Assembly: GCA_016931955.1 (NCBI GenBank) | Contig: JAFGDV010000022.1 | Location: 32,001-96,000 of the forward strand | Reading direction: 5' to 3' | Source of the DNA: Candidatus Altiarchaeota archaeon | GTDB taxonomy: Archaea; Altiarchaeota; Altiarchaeia; IMC4; QMZM01 | DNA: 64,000 bases | Shown here: piece by piece, positions 48,028 through 58,218 of the stretch | How the letters are laid out: each line of letters opens with the position of its first letter | Position numbering within the stretch: the first letter of the stretch is position 1 | Made by a program: the position numbers and the translations under genes | The notes under the pieces: generated by a model | Told to the model about the DNA's origin: nothing | What the model saw: the letters and a program-made list of their open reading frames with translations, nothing else | Databases searched by the model: none

Positions 48028-49239
48028 ATGATCGAGGATTTTCTCACACTATCTGCCAGGAATATAATAAGCAGAGGAATCAGGAGCTGGCTGACCATGT
48101 TAGGGATCTTCGTCGGCATAGCCGCAATCGTCTCCCTCATCTCCCTGGGAGACGGCCTGGAAGCCGCCATAAATGAACAATTCGAGCTGCTTGGAAAAGA
48201 CATGATATACATTATGCCTGGAGGAATGGCTGAGATGTTCTCAGGGGGGACAACATCGCTAAATGACCACGACCTGGGGGTGATACGAGATGTTCACGGC
48301 GTTGAGCAGGTCGGCGGTATGACCACTATGTACACAAAGATAAAATTCAAGGACGAGGTGACATACTCGTTTGTTGGGGGCATAGACCCAGGAACCCAGG
48401 AGATCCTATTGGACAGCAGCGGAATAGAGGTCGTGAGAGGTCAGAAGAAGTTCAGGCAAAACGACATATACAAGGCCGCCGTAGGCTACGAGTACTGGAT
48501 AGGCAATGTCTTCGACAGGCCTGTTAGAGTAGGCGATAAGATCACATTGAACGATAAAAGATTCGAAGTGGTTGGTGAGATGAGCAGGGTAGGCAATTCC
48601 GAAGACGACAAAAACATATATATCCCTATGAAGGGTGCACAGGAGCTATTCAACGTCAAGGATGAATACATTACTGCAATTGCAAGGGTTAGACCAAACT
48701 ATGAAACAGACCAGGTCGCAGAGGACATAGAGAAGGCCATGAGAAGGGATCGCGGCCTCAAGGAGGGTGAAGAAGACTTCCAGGTGCAGAGCCTGGAGCA
48801 GATGATGGAAGCCACCTCCATTGTTTTAGATGCTGTGCAGTGGGTTGTTATCTTCATAGCCATGATCTCGCTCTTTGTTGGAGGCATCGGGATAATGAAT
48901 ACAATGTACACCTCGGTATTGGAGAGAACACACGAGATTGGAGTGATAAAGGCCGTCGGAGCCAGGAATGAAGACATACTGCTTCTGTTCCTTATTGAAT
49001 CAGGCACCATCGGGATGATCGGAGGTAGCATAGGTTGTTTGATAGGCATCCTCATAAGCAAGGGTCTCGAATATATTGCCGTAACAGTGTTCGACGTAGT
49101 CCTGCTCAAGGCAGCCATCACCCCAGGATTAGTCATAGGAGCCCTCGCATTCTCTTTCCTTGTTGGAAGCCTTTCTGGGATTCTACCGGCGTGGCAGGCT
49201 TCTCAGCTGAAGCCCGTCGACGCCCTCAGATATGAATGA
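48028..49239 (+). CDS. ABC permease (MacB/FtsX), paralogue
   Basis: RSWLTMLGIFVGI, GGIGIMNTMYTSVLERT, PVDALRYE. Confidence 0.95.
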   Translation: MIEDFLTLSARNIISRGIRSWLTMLGIFVGIAAIVSLISLGDGLEAAINEQFELLGKDMIYIMPGGMAEMFSGGTTSLNDHDLGVIRDVHGVEQVGGMTTMYTKIKFKDEVTYSFVGGIDPGTQEILLDSSGIEVVRGQKKFRQNDIYKAAVGYEYWIGNVFDRPVRVGDKITLNDKRFEVVGEMSRVGNSEDDKNIYIPMKGAQELFNVKDEYITAIARVRPNYETDQVAEDIEKAMRRDRGLKEGEEDFQVQSLEQMMEATSIVLDAVQWVVIFIAMISLFVGGIGIMNTMYTSVLERTHEIGVIKAVGARNEDILLLFLIESGTIGMIGGSIGCLIGILISKGLEYIAVTVFDVVLLKAAITPGLVIGALAFSFLVGSLSGILPAWQASQLKPVDALRYE

Positions 49240-49377
49240 ACCCCCACCAGCGGCTTGGATAATCCAAAATGCAAATCAACTATGCTCGGGGGGAGGATCC
49301 TCCCCGCGGTTTGGACGCGCTCAGGTATGGATAGTTCTTGTTTTTATGCTGTAGAACACATTATATAGAGATACACG

Positions 49378-50337
49378 ATGGCGTTTTCGCTCATGAATCT
49401 GGCGTATTTTCTGGGTGCCTGCGGTCTCTTGGTTGTGAGTGCTGAACTCTTGGTGAACTCCCTGCTAAGGATTGCCCAATATTATCGACTGCGCGAATTC
49501 GTCGTCGGATTCATTGTAGTAGCGTTCGCGGCAATAATACCTGAGTTCTTCATCGGAGTAAACTCGGCATTAAACCAGAACCCTGCCCTGGCACTGGGAA
49601 ACGTCATAGGGGCAAACATAATAGACCTGACACTGATTATTGGCATAATAACGATTCTGAGAGGAGGCATTCGAGTGGAGACAAAAGCGGTGAGATCAGA
49701 TACGCTGTATATGTTCGGCATGGTAATGCTACCACTGCTCCTCATGTTAGTGTACCAAAAGATAGATAGATTCGGAGGCTTTGTGTTGTTGCTCGGATTC
49801 GTCTTCTATGTTTCAAGGCTGCTCTCACAGGAAAAGAGATTCACGAAAAGGCTTGAATCAATACCAAAGAAGAACTTGATAGTACATATAGTAATCGCTG
49901 CTATAGGATTCGTCTTCATCTACTTCTTCTCTATCCTGGTTGTGAGAACAGCCAGCGTGCTTGCCTCAGACCTAAATGCTCCACCCATACTGATCGGGTT
50001 ATTCTTCATCGCATTCGGCACAACGCTGCCGGAATTCACCTTCGAGACAAAGGCTATACTGACGAGACACAAGTACACTGCGCTTGGGGATCTAATAGGA
50101 AATGTCGTAGCGAGGTCGACGCTCGTCTTGGGGGTGACTGCGATAATATATCCAATACAAGCAGACTACCTGCTGTTCCTGACGAGCGCGTTCTTCATGC
50201 TGATCGTCGCCTTTTTATTCACGACATTCGTGGACGTGGAAAAACACATACTTGTACAAGAAGGGATCGCATTAATAATCCTATACATCCTCTTTATAAT
50301 CGTAGAGCTCAATATCAGGGTACTGGAGATCGGGTGA
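49378..50337 (+). CDS. Na+/Ca2+ exchanger family (YrbG-like) antiporter
   Basis: Alpha repeats AAIIPE...GNVIGANI and GTTLPE...GDLIGN. Confidence 0.9.
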   Translation: MAFSLMNLAYFLGACGLLVVSAELLVNSLLRIAQYYRLREFVVGFIVVAFAAIIPEFFIGVNSALNQNPALALGNVIGANIIDLTLIIGIITILRGGIRVETKAVRSDTLYMFGMVMLPLLLMLVYQKIDRFGGFVLLLGFVFYVSRLLSQEKRFTKRLESIPKKNLIVHIVIAAIGFVFIYFFSILVVRTASVLASDLNAPPILIGLFFIAFGTTLPEFTFETKAILTRHKYTALGDLIGNVVARSTLVLGVTAIIYPIQADYLLFLTSAFFMLIVAFLFTTFVDVEKHILVQEGIALIILYILFIIVELNIRVLEIG

Positions 50338-50338
50338 A

Positions 50339-50509
50339 ATGGAAGTCGAAAACTGTTATGGATGTGGCGGGTGTGTGGCTGTGTGCCCAACGGGGGCGAT
50401 AACTATCATAGAGGAAGTTGAGATAGACGCAGAGAAATGCGTTAAATGCGGCAGATGCGAACTCATGTGCCCTGCAGGCTTGATCAGGATAGATGGGAGT
50501 CAGCGATGA
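50339..50509 (+). CDS. 2[4Fe-4S] ferredoxin (56 aa)
   Basis: Below the ORF cutoff: CYGCGGCVAVCP and CVKCGRCELMCP; ATGA overlap with GGR. Confidence 0.92.
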   Translation: MEVENCYGCGGCVAVCPTGAITIIEEVEIDAEKCVKCGRCELMCPAGLIRIDGSQR

Positions 50510-51681
50510 AAATAGAGGACGAATACGATGTCGTCGTAGTCGGTGCAGGTCCAGCAGGCTCGATGGCCGCCAGATTCGCGGCAGAGAAAGCCGGGGTCTT
50601 GGTCGTGGACAAACACAGAGAAATAGGCTCCCCGAAGAGGTGCGGCGAAGGGCTTGGGATAAGAACATTCTCCGAATTTAGCATTCCTGTAGATAGGCGC
50701 TTCATAAACCAAGACATTTATGGTTCGGTGATCTACGCACCAAACGGCAGAGAGGTTTCTATAAGATATGACGAGGTGATGGGCTACATCATAGAGAGGA
50801 AGATATTCGACAAATACCTTGCCACAGAAGCTGTTAGGGCTGGGGCAGCGGTTATGGCAGAATCCTATGCTACCCTCTGGATGGAAGACGGCAAACTCAA
50901 GGGGATTAAGTTAAGACGCCAGGGCGAGGAGCTGGATATAAGGTCGAGGATAGTAATAGCTGCGGACGGTGTGGAATCGCAGATAGCCCGACAGATGGGA
51001 TTGAACACGACCGTGAATCCATATGACATGGACTCCTGCATTGAGTATGAGATGTGTGGGATAGACTACAAAGACATGGACATGCTCCACATCTTTTTGG
51101 GGAACAAGATAGCGCCAAGGGGTTATGTGTGGATATTCCCAAAAGACGATGATCGGGCAAACGTTGGAATAGGGATCGCTGGCGATGTGGGAGAGACTGC
51201 GAAATACTACCTCGACAAATTCATCGCCGAACACCAGGGCCTAGCTGATGGGAGCATACTTGAAGTCAACGTTGGTTCGGTTCCAGTAGGCGGCTTCCTG
51301 GAAAACATGGTGAAAGACAATCTGCTGGTTGTAGGAGACGCTGCAAGGCAGGTGAATCCGATACACGGCGGCGGGATAAGTGAAGCCATGCATGCTGGAA
51401 GGCTTGCTGGGACTACGGTGGCGAAGGCTGTAAAAGAAGACAACCTAGGAATACTGGGGGAATACAATGAAGAGTGGTGGTCTACAAAAGGCCTGAAGCT
51501 GAAGAAGGTGTTAAAGGTCAGGAACTTCACAGAAAAACTGGATGATGAAGACCTGGACTATCTTGCAACAATCTGGTCGGGGGAGGACCTGATGGAGATA
51601 ACTCGCGGAAACCATAAGACTGCATTCAAGAAAATAGTAAAGCACCCTAAACTGCTTAAGTGGGTTAAGAATTTTTTATGA
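50506..51681 (+). CDS. Digeranylgeranylglycerophospholipid reductase (GGR family)
   Basis: VVGAGPAG, KRCGEG, AADG, PRGYVWIFP, GDAA, GGGI. Confidence 0.93.
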   Translation: MKIEDEYDVVVVGAGPAGSMAARFAAEKAGVLVVDKHREIGSPKRCGEGLGIRTFSEFSIPVDRRFINQDIYGSVIYAPNGREVSIRYDEVMGYIIERKIFDKYLATEAVRAGAAVMAESYATLWMEDGKLKGIKLRRQGEELDIRSRIVIAADGVESQIARQMGLNTTVNPYDMDSCIEYEMCGIDYKDMDMLHIFLGNKIAPRGYVWIFPKDDDRANVGIGIAGDVGETAKYYLDKFIAEHQGLADGSILEVNVGSVPVGGFLENMVKDNLLVVGDAARQVNPIHGGGISEAMHAGRLAGTTVAKAVKEDNLGILGEYNEEWWSTKGLKLKKVLKVRNFTEKLDDEDLDYLATIWSGEDLMEITRGNHKTAFKKIVKHPKLLKWVKNFL

Positions 51682-51692
51682 AAAAAAGGGTA

Positions 51693-51713
51693 TTAGTGGA
51701 TTGCATCCACTAA
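51693..51713. terminator. Hairpin between convergent genes
   Basis: TTAGTGGAT-TGC-ATCCACTAA next to an A7 tract. Confidence 0.55.
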
Positions 51714-51714
51714 A

Positions 51715-52017
51715 CTACTTCGTCTTCCTCGAAAGTGCGTCTATCTTCTTCTCCAGACGCTTTATATCATCCTTTGAAGCGAAATCAACCTTCTTCAATG
51801 CCTTCTTGATATGATCATCTATCCTCTTCGTCAACTCCTTGCTTTGTTTCTCTGCTTGAGTCACAATGTCCTTCGCAAGGACCTTTCCCTCTTCTCGATT
51901 TATCTCCCCCTTCTTGACCAAATCGTTTGCTATTTCCTCTGCCTTTTCCTTCGTCAATACAGCGATCCCAAGACCCAGCAGACCCATCTTCCTTATGTAT
52001 TCTTTCATAGAAGTCAC
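51715..52017 (-). CDS. Phasin-like coiled-coil protein
   Basis: LLGLG...TKEKAE...LVKKGEI...ASKDDIKRLEKKIDAL. Confidence 0.85.
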   Translation of the reverse strand: MTSMKEYIRKMGLLGLGIAVLTKEKAEEIANDLVKKGEINREEGKVLAKDIVTQAEKQSKELTKRIDDHIKKALKKVDFASKDDIKRLEKKIDALSRKTK

Positions 52018-52052
52018 CTCTTGGATAATCTATTGTATGTAGTAGATAAAAG

Positions 52053-53717
52053 CTAGAACCTGCCGCTCCTTAGAATGGACAAAACCAACACCATGCCAAG
52101 TACCGCAGCCATTATGTAACCTATTATGCCAAAAACAGGAAGTTCAAATAGGAGAGGACCTGTACCAGTGAGCAATACAACAGACGAACCCACGATAAGG
52201 GAGGATATGATGAGGCTCACAGATAGCCTGTTGCTTGCAACATCCATCTCCGATATAAGCCTGTTCAAGCCCTTGTGCTCGAGGTCTATTAAAAGCTTGC
52301 CCTTTTCCAACTGAGATAGTATGTTATCTATCCTTCGAGGAAACGCCTTCACCAGCTCATTTAATTCAGAAAGATTCTCTATCACCCTATTGATGAAGTA
52401 GCGAGGGTGCATCCTCTCCACGATCAATGACTCCACGAAGGGTTTCGAGACCTCTGTAAGGTTGAATTCAGGATTCAGTTGTCTGCAAACACCTTCCACA
52501 GTCACAAGCGCCTTAATCAACAGAACAAAGTCTGTGGGAATCCTTATCCTGTGTCTCAAGGATACCATCAATACTTCATTCATCAAAGTAGAGATGTTAA
52601 CCTGGCCCAGAGTGGTCCCATAATATGTCTCTATAAGCTCCGACAGATCTTCCTTGAATTCTGGAAGAGACGTTTCCTCGTCCAGCATGCCGATGTCCAA
52701 GAACTCATCTATTATCTTATTAGTATCCCTCCGTATCACGGCAACGAAAACGCTCCCAAGCTTTTCCTTCATGTAGTCGTCGACCCTCCCCACTATGCCA
52801 AAGTCCAAGAAGGCTATCCTCTCATTTCTGATCACGAGGATGTTCCCCGGATGGGGATCAGCGTGAAAGAACCCATGCACCAATATCTGCTTCAGACAAG
52901 ATCGGGCTATCTTCTCTGCAAGATCCAGCCGGATGCTTTCATCCAGTTCCTTATCCAGTTCGCCTACCTTCGTCCCCTTGATGTAGTCCATGACCAGGAT
53001 CTTCTTGCTGCTGAAGTCCCAGTAAACAGCCGGCACACAGACGACGGGATCGTCTTCAAAGTTTTTCGCAAATTTGTCCATATGCCTTCCTTCTACGGCG
53101 AAATCCAATTCTTTTCTTATGGCCTTGGCGAACTCCTCCACGATGCCCACTGGATTGTAGAGCTCGCTCTCTGGTATGTGTTTCACAACCAGCCTTGCCA
53201 GATTGAATAGTATGTCAAGATCCGCCTCAACCGTTTCCCCTATCATGGGCCGCTGCAGTTTCACGATCACGTCCTTCCCTTCCAAGACAGCCCTGTGCAC
53301 CTGAGCAATAGATGCTGCCGCTATTGGCTCCCTTTCGAATGAATAGAAGAGTTCATCTATTGCAGAACCCAGCTCCTCCTGGATTATCGACCTAACCTCC
53401 TCAAAACCGAAACCTGGGACGCTGTCCTGGAGCTTCCTGAATTCGTGGACGTATTCCTCGGGCACCAGATCAGGTCTCAGTGAAAGCATCTGCCCGAATT
53501 TAACAAATGCCGGCCCCAGCTCCTCCAACACGAGCCTCGCCCTCACTGGAACAGGTATCTTCTCAACCCCCTCCCCCGGCTTCCCCAGCAGGGGGAGCTT
53601 GATGTCCAGTTGAGCTATAAAGTGACCGAAGCCGTGCTTGATGAGAATGTTGACTATCTCCCTGCTTCTCTTGATTTGCTCAATCTTCCGGTGTATTCCA
53701 CCGAACAACTCAACCAC
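52053..53717 (-). CDS. AarF/UbiB/ABC1 atypical kinase
   Basis: LGPAFVKFGQ, AAASIAQVH, VKLQRP, FFHADPHPGN, LDFG. Confidence 0.95.
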   Translation of the reverse strand: MVELFGGIHRKIEQIKRSREIVNILIKHGFGHFIAQLDIKLPLLGKPGEGVEKIPVPVRARLVLEELGPAFVKFGQMLSLRPDLVPEEYVHEFRKLQDSVPGFGFEEVRSIIQEELGSAIDELFYSFEREPIAAASIAQVHRAVLEGKDVIVKLQRPMIGETVEADLDILFNLARLVVKHIPESELYNPVGIVEEFAKAIRKELDFAVEGRHMDKFAKNFEDDPVVCVPAVYWDFSSKKILVMDYIKGTKVGELDKELDESIRLDLAEKIARSCLKQILVHGFFHADPHPGNILVIRNERIAFLDFGIVGRVDDYMKEKLGSVFVAVIRRDTNKIIDEFLDIGMLDEETSLPEFKEDLSELIETYYGTTLGQVNISTLMNEVLMVSLRHRIRIPTDFVLLIKALVTVEGVCRQLNPEFNLTEVSKPFVESLIVERMHPRYFINRVIENLSELNELVKAFPRRIDNILSQLEKGKLLIDLEHKGLNRLISEMDVASNRLSVSLIISSLIVGSSVVLLTGTGPLLFELPVFGIIGYIMAAVLGMVLVLSILRSGRF

Positions 53718-53787
53718 TTTCTTATTAGATTACGTAGGTGGGATTAATAACCTTTGGCGGGATTTAAGACACTGCGCATAAGTAATT

Positions 53788-54999
53788 ATGATGGATGGAA
53801 AAGAGGGCAGGCTTATCATAGGTGTTAGCGCTAACGTCTTCCTCTTGGGGATAGTGAGCTTCCTAACGGATATGAGCTCCGAGATCATAACGCCCATCCT
53901 CCCCTTCTTCATCACCGCCCTAGGGGGTGCTGGATTGATTATCGGCCTTGTGGGCGGCTTAGCGGACAGCATATCCTCACTCCTGAACGTATTCTCAGGC
54001 TATCTGTCGGATAGATCGGGTAAACGCAAGGTCTTCATCTTCTCCGGCTATGGGCTTTCCTCGCTGGCTAAGCTGCTTCTCGCCTTCTCTGCTTCTTGGA
54101 TTCACGTCCTAATCCTGAAGCCCCTTGAGAGGGTGGGTAAGGGCCTGAGGAGCGCTCCAAGGGATGCCATAATCGCGGATTCAAAAAAGAGAGTTCGGGG
54201 GAAATCCTTCGGCATACACCGAGCCATGGACAGCGCCGGCGCCATTATTGGGGCAATACTGGCGCTTGTCCTGATATACGCATATGGAGAGAATTATGAG
54301 AGGATAATACTCATCGCCGCATTCATAGGCTTCCTTGCGTTGATTCCACTAGCATTCGTCAAGGAGGGGGATATCAAGCCGAAGAAGACCACGCTGAAGA
54401 TAAGCCTAAAAGCCCTGCCGAAGGAATTCCGGCTTTTCCTCTTTATAGTTACAGTATTTGCCTTGGGCAATTTCACGAACATGTTTTTCATCCTCCGGGC
54501 GGAGGAGTCCTTCACAGCTACTTCAGGCTTGAACATACCATTCATCAATTCAGGCATTACTGTCGCACTGGCACTCTACGTCTGGTTCAACATAGTATAC
54601 ACCCTGTTCGCCGCCCCAGTTGGGGTCCTCTCCGACAGGATCGGGAGAAAGAGGGTGCTCATCATGGGTTACATCCTCTTCGGGGTCACCTGCCTCGGGT
54701 TCGCGCTCTTCAAGTCATTCATCGTCTTTGTTTTATTGTTCGCCCTCTACGGCCTCTTCTCGGCTTTCACGGACGCTACTCAGAGGGCATATGCCTCAGA
54801 TTTGATAACAGAAGACTTGCGAGGAACCGCGCTTGGAGCATTCCACACATCCATAGCGTTAGCGACCCTGCCGTCTGGGATCATAGCAGGAGCGCTCTGG
54901 CAGTACCTCAGCCCAGAGGCAGCATTCCTCTACGGATCAGGTATCGGCTTCATCGCAACAATAATGTTAACCATTTCTGATATCAAGCAGAAGGAATAG
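53788..54999 (+). CDS. MFS transporter
   Basis: GYLSDRSGKRK, LSDRIGRKR, about 12 TM. Confidence 0.93.
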   Translation: MMDGKEGRLIIGVSANVFLLGIVSFLTDMSSEIITPILPFFITALGGAGLIIGLVGGLADSISSLLNVFSGYLSDRSGKRKVFIFSGYGLSSLAKLLLAFSASWIHVLILKPLERVGKGLRSAPRDAIIADSKKRVRGKSFGIHRAMDSAGAIIGAILALVLIYAYGENYERIILIAAFIGFLALIPLAFVKEGDIKPKKTTLKISLKALPKEFRLFLFIVTVFALGNFTNMFFILRAEESFTATSGLNIPFINSGITVALALYVWFNIVYTLFAAPVGVLSDRIGRKRVLIMGYILFGVTCLGFALFKSFIVFVLLFALYGLFSAFTDATQRAYASDLITEDLRGTALGAFHTSIALATLPSGIIAGALWQYLSPEAAFLYGSGIGFIATIMLTISDIKQKE

Positions 55000-55039
55000 C
55001 CCATACCTTTTAACCCCCTACAGGGAATATATACTAGAG

Positions 55040-56527
55040 ATGAGCGAAAGCATAAGCAAGAGGAACAAGAGGTATTGGAGGGTCTTCGGGATACTAATTG
55101 CTGCCTTGCTCTTATATATGTTATACAGGCTAGGCGGATACATCGACGTGATCCTCTATGGGATCTTCGTATACTACGTCACCAGACCGATTTATGAGAG
55201 GGTGAACAAGAAGCTTAATAAGAAGAACATCTCTGCGGGGCTTTCACTCTTCCTCTTCGTACTGCCGGTGATACTGATCTTCATATACGCATCCATCGTC
55301 GCCGCCGTCGAATTGAATAGTCTTCTGGGAAGCATAGACTATGAGATACCTGTCGAATCCTTCGAAGAGACCATAGACCAACTGAACGTGATAGGGAAAG
55401 AGCTGACGTCTAGAGATAATGAAACATGTTCAATACCTACTTGCTTTGATGGCATACAAAACCAGGATGAAACTGGAATAGACTGCGGAGGAACATGCCA
55501 ACCCTGCCACTGCAAGAACGAAATACTGGACGAAAACGAGACAGAGATAGACTGCGGAGGAACATGCCAACCCTGCCACTGCAAGAACGAAATACTGGAC
55601 GAAAACGAGACAGAGATAGACTGCGGAGGAAGTTGTCTGCCCTGTGGAAACGAGGAATCCTGTTTAGTGGACGGAGACTGCACCACGGGATTGTGCCATG
55701 AGGGAACATGCCAGACGCCAAGCTGCGACAGTGAACAGTTGATTCCACAAGAAGATCACACCCAGGTAACACAGGAAAAAAAGAACCTTACACCAAGTGA
55801 GCTATGGACTATGATAACAGACAGACTCAACCTGAGCGAATTCATAGGACCCATCACAGATATTATTAACAACGTAGTCAATCTCATCGTCATGTTTGCG
55901 TTCAAGTTGTTCCTCATGTTCACAATAGGCTTCTACCTGCTGAAAGACGGCCACCAGCTCAGGGAATGGTTCCCAAAATCAGCCCTTGGAGGGGACACCG
56001 AACTCTTCGAAAGATTCATTGAATCAGTAGACAAAGACCTGCAGAAGATCTTCTTCGGCAACATCCTAGTCGCGGTGCTCACCGCCTGTATAGCCATCGT
56101 CCTCTTCCACATTCTGAATTTCATCGCGCCAGGATTATCTCCAGGATTAAAGCTCGAGATACCCTACCCATTCCTCCTCGGACTACTGTGTGGAATAGGG
56201 ATCTTTGTGCCAGGGATAGGTATAAAAATCGTATGGGTGCCTCTTTGGATGTATCTAGCAATCCAGGCATATCTGCATAACATGCTCTTAGGCGCAGGAT
56301 GGTTCCTTCTGCTCTTTCCGGTGACCGTCTTCCTGCTGGTGGATCTCGCCCCAGACCTCATCCTGCGACCGATAATAAGCTCAAGGAGGATACATAGGGG
56401 GGTGCTGCTGCTGGCATACCTCTTCGGCTACATAGCCTTCGGCTTCATGGGACTATTCCTCGGACCTATAATAATCGTCCTGGCGACGAACTTCATCAGC
56501 ATTGTTCTACCCGAGATACGGGGTTAG
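55040..56527 (+). CDS. AI-2E/UPF0118 family permease with inserted Cys-rich repeat domain
   Basis: YVTRPIY, FYLLKDG, LILRP, FGFMGLFLGP; insert CFDGIQNQDETGIDCGG... Confidence 0.88.
   Translation: MSESISKRNKRYWRVFGILIAALLLYMLYRLGGYIDVILYGIFVYYVTRPIYERVNKKLNKKNISAGLSLFLFVLPVILIFIYASIVAAVELNSLLGSIDYEIPVESFEETIDQLNVIGKELTSRDNETCSIPTCFDGIQNQDETGIDCGGTCQPCHCKNEILDENETEIDCGGTCQPCHCKNEILDENETEIDCGGSCLPCGNEESCLVDGDCTTGLCHEGTCQTPSCDSEQLIPQEDHTQVTQEKKNLTPSELWTMITDRLNLSEFIGPITDIINNVVNLIVMFAFKLFLMFTIGFYLLKDGHQLREWFPKSALGGDTELFERFIESVDKDLQKIFFGNILVAVLTACIAIVLFHILNFIAPGLSPGLKLEIPYPFLLGLLCGIGIFVPGIGIKIVWVPLWMYLAIQAYLHNMLLGAGWFLLLFPVTVFLLVDLAPDLILRPIISSRRIHRGVLLLAYLFGYIAFGFMGLFLGPIIIVLATNFISIVLPEIRG
55478..55631 (+). 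repeat. Exact 69-bp tandem repeat (2.2 copies)
   Basis: Unit starts at 55478, 55547 and 55616 (IDCGGTCQPCHCKNEILDENETE). Confidence 0.95.
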
Positions 56528-56561
56528 TTATCTTGATTCAATCCAATCTTTCAATCATAGA

Positions 56562-58082
56562 ATGGCCCTTTACAATCTTTTGAGAAAAACTGAAAGCCTA
56601 TGCCCAAGGTGCCTGGAAAAGATCCCGGCAGAACTGGTTGAAGAAGAAGGTAAGGTACTGATCAAAAAAGAGTGCCCTGAACACGGCAGATTCTCTGACA
56701 TATACTGGAGCGATGTTGAAAACTACAAGAAGACGATAGAATGCTGGAATAATGGAACGGGGGTGGAGAACCCAAGAACGAAGAGAAACAGGGGCTGCCC
56801 CTACGACTGCGGCTTATGTGAGGAACACATGAGTCAGACGGTCTTAGGCATAGTCGACGTAACCAACCGCTGCAACCTTAAATGCCCCATCTGCTTCGCA
56901 AACTCTGATTCCACTAAGAGGGTCTATGAGCCAACCAGGGAGGAGATAAGGGCGATGCTCCAGAATCTACGGGATAATAGGCCAATACCCTCATTCGCCC
57001 TCCAGTTCTCCGGCGGAGAGCCGACGATGAGAGACGACCTCCCCGAGCTCATAAAGATCGCGAAAGATGTTGGTTTCACCTACGTCATGGTGGACACCAA
57101 CGGCATAAGGGTCGCAAGAGACGTAAAATACCTGGAGAAGTTGAAAGACGCAGGAATGAACTCCTTCTATCTGCAGTTCGATGGCTTAGACGATGAAATC
57201 TACGAGAAAACCCGCGGCGAAAGATTACTGAACACAAAACTCAAGGTAATCGAAAACTGCCGTAAATTAGGTTATAGGTGCGTTGTATTAGTCGCCACAT
57301 TAATCAAGGGAGTGAATGACCACCAGGTCGGGGGCATAATAGAGTTCGCAATAAGGAACAGCGACGTCATATCATGCGTTAACTTTCAGCCAATCTCCTT
57401 CTCCGGCAAGGCATCGCAGATAGAGGTGAAGGACGGCCGGATCACCACCTCAGAGTTCGTAAAACTAGTGGAAAAGCAGACTAAGGGGAAACTGATAGAA
57501 GAACACTTCTATCCAGTACCCTCGCTCGTACCCATATCTCGGTTCATCGGAGCATACAAAAAGAAGCCGGCCATACAGCTGAGCACACACCCATGCTGCG
57601 GAGTCGGCGCTTACCTTATAATCTACGAAGACCAGGAAGCCTTCCCAATAAATGACGTGATAAACGTGGGCAGACTCCTCGAGGTGCTAGATACAGGTGC
57701 CAAGAGATTGGAGGGTGAAAAAAGACTTATCAGCAACCTCAAAGACCTAAAGACTGCGACAGAAGTCTTAGGCGATGTCGTACATGCTATCGTAGACAAA
57801 AAGCTGCGAAAACTGATGATCGACATCCTAAAGAAGGGCACAATCCATTCAGTGATGAACCTGCACCAAAACACTTTAATGATAGGCTGCATGCACTTCA
57901 TGGACCCCTGGAACTTCGACATAGAAAGAGTGGAAAGGTGTGTTATACACTACGCCACACCAGACGGCAGAATCATACCCTTCTGCTCCTACAACAACAT
58001 ACACCGACAAGAAGTGGAGAGAAAACACTCAACCCCATTAGAGGAGTGGAAGAAAAAAAAGCTGCAAGAATTACTCTCCTAA
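56562..58082 (+). CDS. tes: Radical SAM tetraether/macrocyclic archaeol synthase (Tes, MJ0619-like)
   Basis: TESLCPRC...CPEHG; CPYDCGLC..H; CNLKCPIC; HPCCG; MHFMDPWNFD; CVIHY...IIPFCSYN. Confidence 0.85.
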   Translation: MALYNLLRKTESLCPRCLEKIPAELVEEEGKVLIKKECPEHGRFSDIYWSDVENYKKTIECWNNGTGVENPRTKRNRGCPYDCGLCEEHMSQTVLGIVDVTNRCNLKCPICFANSDSTKRVYEPTREEIRAMLQNLRDNRPIPSFALQFSGGEPTMRDDLPELIKIAKDVGFTYVMVDTNGIRVARDVKYLEKLKDAGMNSFYLQFDGLDDEIYEKTRGERLLNTKLKVIENCRKLGYRCVVLVATLIKGVNDHQVGGIIEFAIRNSDVISCVNFQPISFSGKASQIEVKDGRITTSEFVKLVEKQTKGKLIEEHFYPVPSLVPISRFIGAYKKKPAIQLSTHPCCGVGAYLIIYEDQEAFPINDVINVGRLLEVLDTGAKRLEGEKRLISNLKDLKTATEVLGDVVHAIVDKKLRKLMIDILKKGTIHSVMNLHQNTLMIGCMHFMDPWNFDIERVERCVIHYATPDGRIIPFCSYNNIHRQEVERKHSTPLEEWKKKKLQELLS

Positions 58083-58218
58083 TCAGACGAATTAAAAAAC
58101 CCTGAGTCCAATAATTAAAACCAGACAAACCAAAAAGATGAAACACCCAGCAGCCTTTTCTTTAAAAAAGAAAACACTGGCGAAAAGAAAACCAAATACT
58201 TGACCCCCAACCAAAAAG

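Noticed and set aside
49290-49305. Perfect palindrome GGGGAGGATCCTCCCC
   Set aside because: Single low-complexity instance that cannot be distinguished from a terminator remnant or chance.
52479-53210. 243-aa antisense ORF and other shadow ORFs in the track
   Set aside because: They lie opposite well-supported genes and have no motifs.
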